From a virus, in the IMG/VR virus record IMGVR_UViG_3300018080_000123, positions 32,001-96,000 of that record: a DNA stretch of 64,000 nucleotides, one strand, 5' to 3'. Under the pieces are notes generated by a model. It saw only the letters and a program-made list of their open reading frames with translations. It made no database searches and was not told where the DNA came from. The first letter of the stretch is position 1, and the number at the start of each line of letters is the position of its first letter. The translations under genes were made by a program, and so were the position numbers. Below are positions 57,801-64,000 of the stretch, piece by piece.

Positions 57801-58007
57801 CGTATAAAACTCAACGCCTAAAACAAGCTTAATATCTTCTGTTTTGCAAGCTTCATGAAAATGGAAAAGGCCACAGGCAGTACCGTGATCGGTAATACCT
57901 ATGGCCTTCATCCCGAGTTTCTTAGCTCTTTTTACGTACTCTTCAGGTGTCCCAACTCCGTCGAGGAAAGAATACATAGTGTGAAGGTGTAGCTCAACTC
58001 TTTCCAT
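54855..58007 (-). CDS. dnaE: DNA polymerase III alpha subunit
   Basis: PHP HLHT..S.LDG, GRGS, PDIDLD, KFDIL, YQEQ, FNRSH; no intein seen. Confidence 0.96.
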   Translation of the reverse strand: MERVELHLHTMYSFLDGVGTPEEYVKRAKKLGMKAIGITDHGTACGLFHFHEACKTEDIKLVLGVEFYTCEKFFLPEKKTKKKIERRHIVALAKNHAGYLNLLKLASLGFKTFNYRPLISIQDLFDHKEGLIVTTACIASSVTSEELFIEFKKELGDDFYAEIQPLDLSTQWNREYKNFEKTEKNSQIDHNRQMIEWARKHNVKLIHTLDVHYPSKQDKQIQDIFILNSFAGKDGWHFATDNHYLMTAEESWEEFKKHGHDKIFTKEEFNQSVQNSNEIADKVEIYELGRRPEVVRFPIEDHPLSKEKMTSEDLLLTIVKKNKKIPIRDEYIQRLNFELTVIKEKGFADYFLIIEDIVRWCRANDILVGPGRGSVGGSLLSYALDITKLDPIKYDMPFERFLDISRTDYPDIDLDFSDQESVFGYLRQKYGHDKVIRVGILQGIKTKTAIKDAYRVLRKEAYDYAYINTITKDIPSSGPGVNEREWFEEFLFSEGNEELQGFFVANQDVFKAALKMAGKIKTNKVHPCAIVIVPGNPTDYIPVVINKPNALDATPMTGYDGRYLEKAGLVKFDILSLNTLRDIQGCLRLLKLRRNIDLDIYSLEPTDKKVLDKFRKGDTESVFQFNTALSTPLLERSKADTFNDLAIITAIGRPGPYRLGKMDEKYVDRKLGEKAITYVHPALEPILKDTYGLMVYQEQIMRIFQSLGGFTAVESNHIRKAISKPGGLKQEAKDQFINYATTQLNPPMSEDGAHTLLKEMENYASYCFNRSHSVCYSYIGYICQYLKTYYPLEWWASVFQNCSTDDFKGFVEDDKNSFLRDILIEPEINESEKEFRLNENEKLVMPLAYVTQVADEAIEEIISKRPFNSFKDFWTRIEKRTVKKNVIENLILSNTFRNIEPEKSIRDLIMHFYFLRKEDVPKKFDNIDNTFAFEELKKNALSIYRTDWVRRFDTLFTKGTIGDYTKIPPIDNQTVRIGGLIDLVQKAKTKTDKDFYRVKVKNGDNVITVYVWSDILPAVKDKLVPGIMVEIVGSTSKFGLALNSIKCIVV

Positions 58008-58018
58008 TAAAGCTAACC

Positions 58019-58297
58019 TTATTTGTTCAACAATCCAAGTTTCCTCGCCTGGTAGTTGACGATAGTAACGGTGGATTTGTTGAAACCCTGTCCGATGATA
58101 TCTGCAGCAGCTTCACCGGCCAAAAGGCGACGGAGAATGTCAGCTCGCTTTTTCGTAAAACGAACTTTGGTAACATTCCCATTCTTTCGCTCCAACTCGA
58201 AAGTCTTACCAAACCACTCCTCGGCACTCGCCGTGGCGTCGGTATTGGGAGTTTCGACAGTTGCAGCATTCTCAGTCATGTCTAAGGTAGTAGTCAT
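58019..58297 (-). CDS. Small putative DNA-binding early protein
   Basis: Own sigma70 promoter, AGGAGG RBS, HTH-like C-terminus. Confidence 0.5.
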   Translation of the reverse strand: MTTTLDMTENAATVETPNTDATASAEEWFGKTFELERKNGNVTKVRFTKKRADILRRLLAGEAAADIIGQGFNKSTVTIVNYQARKLGLLNK

Positions 58298-58359
58298 AAT
58301 TTGACCTCCTCTAGGTGTTTATGTTAGAACCACTTGTATTATACATCCTATCTAATTAT

Positions 58360-58388
58360 ATTATAACATATTTTGCAAAAAAGTGCAA
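58360..58388 (-). promoter_or_regulatory. Sigma70-type promoter TTGCAC-N17-TATAAT
   Basis: Same architecture as 18629 and 34093 (T-tract after -35, TATAATATAA). Confidence 0.7.
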
Positions 58389-58409
58389 GAACTTTGTTTC
58401 TCAATAATT

Positions 58410-58958
58410 TCAACGAGTTAGCCCTAAGATAAACTCATACCAAGATCTTTTGGCTAGCTGTCCTAAGGTGTGATAGAGCTGAGAAACTCCTTTCTGATAG
58501 TTGATTTTGCACTCGCGTCGATACATAATTTCCCCACAATCTACGTCTTTTGTAGCTTTATGGATTACAACCCCAGTCGATGGAAGCTCTAAACGATATG
58601 CCTTCTCTTGAGGATCTTTTCCTTTAAGCTCGGGGAATTTTACTATGTCTCCAGGATGAAGATTATAGATTTTGTACTCGGCACAAATTTCTTCAGGAAT
58701 AACCCTCATATATCCCATAAGAAAAATATAGTCGATAGGCATAAACTCTTCAATTCGAACTAAGACTTCTTTATAGTCCTCAAGAGTTGGATTTTTTGGA
58801 AGAACATAGATTAGATTTGAATTCCAACCGCCTTTCAACAGAGGAGATTTTGCGTTATTTGTAACAAAAACAACTGCGCTAATCCCCAATTCCCATTGGC
58901 GATCGGCTATGTGTTGAGCATCCGAACCTGTGCGCGAGCTAAAAATAACAACATTCAT
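58410..58958 (-). CDS. PurN-like formyltransferase (candidate DpdN, preQ1 formyltransferase)
   Basis: FSSRTGS, GYMRVI, NLHP, GVVIH...VDCG; lies in the 7-deazaguanine cluster. Confidence 0.8.
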   Translation of the reverse strand: MNVVIFSSRTGSDAQHIADRQWELGISAVVFVTNNAKSPLLKGGWNSNLIYVLPKNPTLEDYKEVLVRIEEFMPIDYIFLMGYMRVIPEEICAEYKIYNLHPGDIVKFPELKGKDPQEKAYRLELPSTGVVIHKATKDVDCGEIMYRRECKINYQKGVSQLYHTLGQLAKRSWYEFILGLTR

Positions 58959-58959
58959 C

Positions 58960-59496
58960 TCAATCCTCTTTTGATGAAGCAAGCCTCATTAATGAAACCT
59001 TACTTAAAATAAAATCAATTCTCTCATCAATTGTTCCAGCCACTACAAAATGTGGAACATCATATTCATAAAGTAACTTTCGAATTTCATCATCCACCCT
59101 TTGTTGATACAGCGGGTTCCCCGATCTCTCGGAATCTCCCTCTAATTCAAACGTAATTGGAAAATAGAAGAAAATTGAATCGTCTTTGATTTTGTGATAA
59201 AAGTCAATCATTTTTTTTTCGTTGCTAAAGTCCCGAATATTTACCTTTGCATAAGCAATACAGTCAAAAACATTGCGCGTAAAATATACCAGCTTATCGT
59301 AGTCAATAAAATGTTTTTGAATATGAATAGTTAAGTCGTCAATTAAGCTTTGATATTCGGGTTTTCCAATAGGTAGATTTGCTCTAATAACAGGCCGGCT
59401 AATCCCATCTAAGTATAAATCTCCGGTTCGGTTTGAGATTTCTCTCAACACCGTGGTTTTTCCTGTTCCATGACTTCCTACTGCAAAAATAAACAT
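58960..59496 (-). CDS. P-loop nucleotide kinase-like (AAA_28/NadR-type)
   Basis: GSHGTGKTT, R..FD..AY, D.ER, GTIDER. Confidence 0.75.
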   Translation of the reverse strand: MFIFAVGSHGTGKTTVLREISNRTGDLYLDGISRPVIRANLPIGKPEYQSLIDDLTIHIQKHFIDYDKLVYFTRNVFDCIAYAKVNIRDFSNEKKMIDFYHKIKDDSIFFYFPITFELEGDSERSGNPLYQQRVDDEIRKLLYEYDVPHFVVAGTIDERIDFILSKVSLMRLASSKED

Positions 59497-59990
59497 TATC
59501 GGTTGTCTACCTTTTTACAATTGATATTTCTCTGTATTAGTCGATGCTGTCTAAAATTTTCCCACTCGGGACTCCCATTGCAAGAGCTCGAGAAAGGATC
59601 AATGCTAATTCCGCCCCGAGGGAGAAACTCTCCCACCACTTCGATATATCTAGGGTTCATCAGCTTCTTCAAATCTTTCATAATGATATTTACGCAATCC
59701 TCATGAAAATCTCCCTGATTGCGAAACGAAAACAAATACAGCTTTAATGACTTTGATTCGACCATCAATTCATCCGGGACATAGCTGATATAAATCGTAG
59801 CAAAATCCGGCTGCCCAGTTTTTGGACAAAGAGACGTAAACTCGGGACAATTAAAAGTTACCATATACTCGGTATCTAAATGCTTATTCCGAAACGTCTC
59901 TAGAACTTCAGGATTATACTTATCAGAATATTTTACATTCTGATTCCCTAGTAAGTTCACACCCTCCAATTCTTTGTCATTCCTCGACAT
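59496..59990 (-). CDS. queF: NADPH-dependent preQ0 reductase, unimodular
   Basis: [15 protein letters not shown], QueF motif [18 protein letters not shown]. Confidence 0.93.
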   Translation of the reverse strand: MSRNDKELEGVNLLGNQNVKYSDKYNPEVLETFRNKHLDTEYMVTFNCPEFTSLCPKTGQPDFATIYISYVPDELMVESKSLKLYLFSFRNQGDFHEDCVNIIMKDLKKLMNPRYIEVVGEFLPRGGISIDPFSSSCNGSPEWENFRQHRLIQRNINCKKVDNR

Positions 59991-60834
59991 TTCTTTTCTC
60001 CTGTGCAACGAGGTACTTAAATACCTCTATATTATACAAGATGCATTGCATTTGCCTAATCGTAAGCTTAACGTCAAGGTTATTGGCTAAAAGATCTTTT
60101 TTCTTCTTTCCCCTCAATCCAAAAAGATAGCTAATTTTCATGTCAAAATATCCATGAATGATAGGACAGCTTGTATCCACAGATACAATAAAGTCGTATC
60201 TATTTCCATCCCTATATTTGATAAACTCGATAGGATCGCTACATCCAAGAAGATGATGGTGTTTCTCTCTGTTAATAAGCCCTTTTTCAATAAGTCGATT
60301 GATTAGTTTATGCCGCGCTTCAACAAAGCGAAGAACTTCTTTGCCATATTTTGGAATAAGTTCATCATCATAAAACAAAACATCATATGGAATAGCAATA
60401 ACGCTAACACCGGGATTATTAACTAATGTAGAATAACAATCAAAGTATTCTTGTTCGGTTTTTCCCTGAGCAACTGCGATGATTTTATACTCTAATCTCT
60501 CTTCCTTCATTCGAGCAATAAAATTTTCAACGCTTGCAACTGTAGCAGGTCCATTATGTAAAACATCTGGAGGAACGATATGAGTAGGATTAATCATTCT
60601 TGCGTACTTTAAAAGAAAATCAGCAGTAACAGACTCTCCCAACTCAAAAACACTATTATCAAGGAAAATTATTCGTCCTTTTTTTGCTCTGTCAATATAA
60701 AACTGCAAATACTCCGGATCCCGCTCGCACATATGAACTAAGCAATAATCAAAATCATTGAATGTCAAAGAAGGTCCAAAGAGCATTTTCGGGCACTCAT
60801 GAGAAACTAGCAACCTGTCATTTGTCTTTTTCAC
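59977..60834 (-). CDS. TGT/DpdA-like TIM-barrel (candidate DpdA3-type)
   Basis: LDNS.FE, PPDV, AVAQG, HLLG and SVDTS follow the TGT-fold motif order; lies between folE2 and queF. Confidence 0.6.
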   Translation of the reverse strand: MKKTNDRLLVSHECPKMLFGPSLTFNDFDYCLVHMCERDPEYLQFYIDRAKKGRIIFLDNSVFELGESVTADFLLKYARMINPTHIVPPDVLHNGPATVASVENFIARMKEERLEYKIIAVAQGKTEQEYFDCYSTLVNNPGVSVIAIPYDVLFYDDELIPKYGKEVLRFVEARHKLINRLIEKGLINREKHHHLLGCSDPIEFIKYRDGNRYDFIVSVDTSCPIIHGYFDMKISYLFGLRGKKKKDLLANNLDVKLTIRQMQCILYNIEVFKYLVAQEKRNVEE

Positions 60835-61654
60835 GAAAATTCCTTTCTAATGTTGCAATAGCATTACACTGATGAATGCTCTCATCGTGGTCGGCTGTTA
60901 CTTGGTAGTAGTCGATCTTATCCCCCATCTCATCTAAAACAACAGCAATCTTACGAACCATATCCTCGACAAATCCAGGATTATCATAGGCCCTCTCTGT
61001 GACATATTTTTCGTCAGGCCTTTTGAGAGTATTCCAAATTGGACAGCTTCCAGCTTGTTCAATTATCTGAGCAAGATCTTCAATCCAAATAAAATTTTTC
61101 ATATCTTTAAAGCGAATCTTAATGGTTCCGGTCGACCTTTGATTATGAGCCCCGTGCCCCGCTCCGTTTCCATTAGAACTCATTTCTTTGCTACAAGGAC
61201 AAAGAGACGTGTACATAACACTGACGCTCAAAAAAAGATCCTTTTCTCCGTTTTCTAATACGCCTTCGAAATGACAATCGTAGTAAAAATGAGACTCTTC
61301 TCCGCTAACTGGAGCTTTCTTTTTAACAAAATATGGAAAATCAATTCGAATCTTTGAATCAGTCTGCTGAAGCTGATCTCGACATGCGTCAACCATATCA
61401 TTAACAAGATCGCTATCAAGCAACTTCTTCTCAAGCGCTCTTTCAATGACTTGAGAAAACCGACTCATATTGACCCCGCGACTTTCTGTACTAAGATCAA
61501 CAGCAAGAGAAACAGTTCCCACAGTCGTCGTAACTCCCTCCCCTTTTGTTTTTACGCTAAACGGAATTTTATAATTACGAATTCCCACCCAGTTAATCTT
61601 TTTGTCATATTTGTCTTTTGAATTTTGAATATCTGGTAAATTTTGACTATTCAT
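60818..61654 (-). CDS. folE2: GTP cyclohydrolase IB
   Basis: LPDIQ, RGVNMSRF, TSLCPCSK, AHNQRS, KRPDE, FVED, ESIH. Confidence 0.95.
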   Translation of the reverse strand: MNSQNLPDIQNSKDKYDKKINWVGIRNYKIPFSVKTKGEGVTTTVGTVSLAVDLSTESRGVNMSRFSQVIERALEKKLLDSDLVNDMVDACRDQLQQTDSKIRIDFPYFVKKKAPVSGEESHFYYDCHFEGVLENGEKDLFLSVSVMYTSLCPCSKEMSSNGNGAGHGAHNQRSTGTIKIRFKDMKNFIWIEDLAQIIEQAGSCPIWNTLKRPDEKYVTERAYDNPGFVEDMVRKIAVVLDEMGDKIDYYQVTADHDESIHQCNAIATLERNFREKDK

Positions 61655-62075
61655 CTTTTTCCCTCGGGATTAAAATAGTTTCGGTTGGGAAAACAATCCA
61701 GTCGCTCGTCTCTCGAACGAAAAGATACTTGCTTGTTTTAGCGCAATCATCTTGTTTATATAGTGCAGCAAAAAAACAGAAATTTATACAATTAATTTTT
61801 TTTTCAATTGTCCGAAAAGTCTCTCCGGTACAGAAGACATCATCTACTATCAAAGCATTACTTAGCTTAGAAGGCCAACAACTCTTATCAACCATTGATA
61901 GCCCAACAACATTCTCTATTTCAAAAAGCTTTGATAAATATCCAGCGATAGGAAGTCCGCCGCGCGAAACTCCAACAATCTTATCAAACTCAAGATCTTT
62001 GACTTTCCACGCTAACTGAACGCATAAACTGTCAAACTCTCCCCAATCTAATCTATATTCTCTTCTACTCCTCAT
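61647..62075 (-). CDS. Gpt-like purine phosphoribosyltransferase
   Basis: GVSRGGL, LIVDDVFCTGET, WIVFP. Confidence 0.8.
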   Translation of the reverse strand: MRSRREYRLDWGEFDSLCVQLAWKVKDLEFDKIVGVSRGGLPIAGYLSKLFEIENVVGLSMVDKSCWPSKLSNALIVDDVFCTGETFRTIEKKINCINFCFFAALYKQDDCAKTSKYLFVRETSDWIVFPTETILIPREKDE

Positions 62076-62784
62076 TTTTACACTCCCAGTAAAACTTTTG
62101 AGCCGCCATCCATTCATCAAGCGTTAACAGAGGGTCTTGAACTCTATTGTCAATAAAAACTTCAGTTCGCTCCGTACACGTTCCACATTTCAAACAAGGT
62201 CTGTTTTCGCCCCTATAACACGACCACGTTGTCGAATAGTCAACCCCAAGATCAAGCCCAACCTCGCCCACTTGACTTTTTGTCATATTCTGAAACGGCC
62301 TAAGAAACTCTACTCCTCTAAAGGTTCCAGCCTTGGCGGCTTGTTCAAAAGCAATATTGAAATCTGGACGACAATCTGGATAAATAGCATGATCTCCGGC
62401 GTGAGATCCAAGAGCGACATAATCGGCTTCCACGCTGTCAGCAATTCCAACAAGATTTGACAACATAATCCCATTCCTGAACGGAATGACGGTCTGTTTC
62501 ATGCTTTCTTGATCATACAATCCTTCAGGAATCTCTCCCCCGCTCTTTAAAAGATCTGACTTAAACAAACCATTGATATAGCTAATATCGATGGTCTGAT
62601 GAGGGATATTTAGTTTATCGCAATGCCATTTTGCAAGTGGTAACTCCTTCTCATTATGCTTTGAATTCATGAAGAATGAATAAGCCTTAAGATCATACTC
62701 TTGATCATGAAGATAATAAAGCAAAGTTACGGAATCCATTCCTCCTGAAATGCTAATGATAGCACTTTTCTTCTTGTTTGACAT
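62065..62784 (-). CDS. queC: 7-cyano-7-deazaguanine synthase
   Basis: SGGMDS, PFRN, YPDCR, TWSCY...C.KC..C. Confidence 0.95.
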   Translation of the reverse strand: MSNKKKSAIISISGGMDSVTLLYYLHDQEYDLKAYSFFMNSKHNEKELPLAKWHCDKLNIPHQTIDISYINGLFKSDLLKSGGEIPEGLYDQESMKQTVIPFRNGIMLSNLVGIADSVEADYVALGSHAGDHAIYPDCRPDFNIAFEQAAKAGTFRGVEFLRPFQNMTKSQVGEVGLDLGVDYSTTWSCYRGENRPCLKCGTCTERTEVFIDNRVQDPLLTLDEWMAAQKFYWECKNEE

Positions 62785-62785
62785 T

Positions 62786-63520
62786 CTATACTCCTTTTTT
62801 TGATCCGTAGAGCCAAATATGGGCTCTCGTAGCGAAATTCCACCCAGCTCTTTTGCAAAGCTCAATAACCCAACTGGCTCTCTCCTTGAGCTGTTCATCG
62901 GTAATTCCTTGAGGCATCAGCCATATCTTGTCATCAGGAATACCGAAATCTCCCTGAAAGTCAACAATTTCTGATAAATCAGAAAAGTTATGCATGACAA
63001 ATTTTACCTGGTAGTCGACCCCATCGGCTAAAAAACTATTAATTACTTGATCAATCAATCTCCTTGCTTTCCAACAAGCCGAATTGCTTGACTCTAATTT
63101 TGGTGAAAGTGAAATAAATTGAGCCTTAGAAGGCCAATAAATTGTTCCATTAGTCTCAACCGTTATATAGTGCCCGTCTTCAACTAAAACATTAATTAAG
63201 TCAGCAACAGACTTTTGCACGTATGGTTCGCCGCCCGTAACTACAACATGTTTACATTTGAACCTTTTAACTTTTTCAACAATCTCTTCTATTGTAACAA
63301 GATTTTTTTCTGGATTCCAACTACTGTGAGGAGTGTCGCACACAGTAAATGATCCGTCACTATTTTTCCACTTACATCTAAGATTACAGCCGCTTGTACG
63401 AATAAATACAGAAGGGACACCGGTATATTTTCCTTCGCCTTGAATTGAATAGAAAATTCCCCCATCCCCCTCTTTGGTCAAATTAATTTTTTTGTCAAGG
63501 CGACTATCTCTATTTTTCAT
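62786..63520 (-). CDS. queE: 7-carboxy-7-deazaguanine synthase
   Basis: FYSIQGEG, GCNLRC...CDT, TGGEP, ETNGT, SPK. Confidence 0.93.
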   Translation of the reverse strand: MKNRDSRLDKKINLTKEGDGGIFYSIQGEGKYTGVPSVFIRTSGCNLRCKWKNSDGSFTVCDTPHSSWNPEKNLVTIEEIVEKVKRFKCKHVVVTGGEPYVQKSVADLINVLVEDGHYITVETNGTIYWPSKAQFISLSPKLESSNSACWKARRLIDQVINSFLADGVDYQVKFVMHNFSDLSEIVDFQGDFGIPDDKIWLMPQGITDEQLKERASWVIELCKRAGWNFATRAHIWLYGSKKGV

Positions 63521-64000
63521 TGAATGCTATCTCTCTTACTAAAATGAAGTCATTAACAGTTTGATTCCAAGCCCTCTCATTCTGATTATACAGGAGATAT
63601 GCTGGATGAAAGACTGGAACAATTTTGCATTGGATCCCGCTATAATAAGCGTTAAAAACCTTACCTCTTGATTTTGTAATACGTTGAAAATAGCCCCCCA
63701 GCAAACATTGGCTCGCAATTCTCCCAACTGTTACAATGACTTTTGGAGCGACTGCTTTAATTTGTTGCTCTAACCAATCAGCGCACGCTCTCACCTCATC
63801 GAGTTCAGGATCCCTGTTGTTAGGAGGCCTACACTTCACAATATTAGTAACATAAATGTTGTCATTTAAATTAAGTTGTGCTTGTTCCAATATCTTTTCT
63901 AAAACCTGCCCCGCTTTTCCCACAAACGGGAGTCCGGTTCTGTCCTCATCTGCTCCGGGGGCTTCTCCGATCAACATAATTCGAGACTCCAGTTTTCCTC
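63510..64000 (-). CDS. Uracil-DNA glycosylase family 4 (5' end outside window)
   Basis: GEAPG..ED..G.PFVG.AG, KCRPP.NR, FHPAYLL. Confidence 0.92.
   Translation of the reverse strand, partial: GKLESRIMLIGEAPGADEDRTGLPFVGKAGQVLEKILEQAQLNLNDNIYVTNIVKCRPPNNRDPELDEVRACADWLEQQIKAVAPKVIVTVGRIASQCLLGGYFQRITKSRGKVFNAYYSGIQCKIVPVFHPAYLLYNQNERAWNQTVNDFILVREIAFNEK

Noticed and set aside
894-62460. Plus-strand ORFs in the track (e.g. 15053-15853, 18218-18709, 31729-32325)
   Set aside because: They are antisense shadows of well-supported minus-strand genes, with no recognisable motifs
1-64000. Stop-codon reassignment, or inteins in DnaE/TerL
   Set aside because: Conserved genes are full length in the standard code with normal sizes; no intein motifs were seen

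Overview
This is a 64 kb segment of a large tailed dsDNA phage genome. It is densely coded, uses the standard genetic code, and essentially all credible genes are on the - strand. In transcription order (right to left) it contains five blocks. (1) A uracil-DNA glycosylase and a 7-deazaguanine DNA-modification cluster: QueE, QueC, Gpt-like PRTase, FolE2, a TGT/DpdA-like TIM barrel, QueF, a P-loop kinase and a PurN-like formyltransferase. (2) Replication and recombination genes: DnaE, dNMP kinase, HD nucleotidase, SSB, RecA, SbcD/SbcC, RuvC. (3) Terminase, portal and MuF, then a chaperone/protease block and an operon carrying a GGDEF diguanylate cyclase and a PilZ-domain protein. (4) A prohead protease with cleavable-looking cargo extensions, a scaffold and a phage K/SPO1-type major capsid protein. 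(5) About 14 kb of small accessory genes (tRNA-Asn overlapped by a PD-(D/E)XK endonuclease, PRPP synthetase, two structured intergenic RNA candidates), then paralogous virion proteins and an M15 endolysin. The most notable observations are the phage-encoded c-di-GMP writer and reader pair, a likely formyl-preQ1 DNA pathway with nucleotide-level enzymes, a double-pseudoknot RNA candidate, capsid polyproteins with repeated mini-domains, and a candidate late promoter TAATTTAA-N18/19-TATAAT. All calls come from motif recognition by eye; no searches were run.
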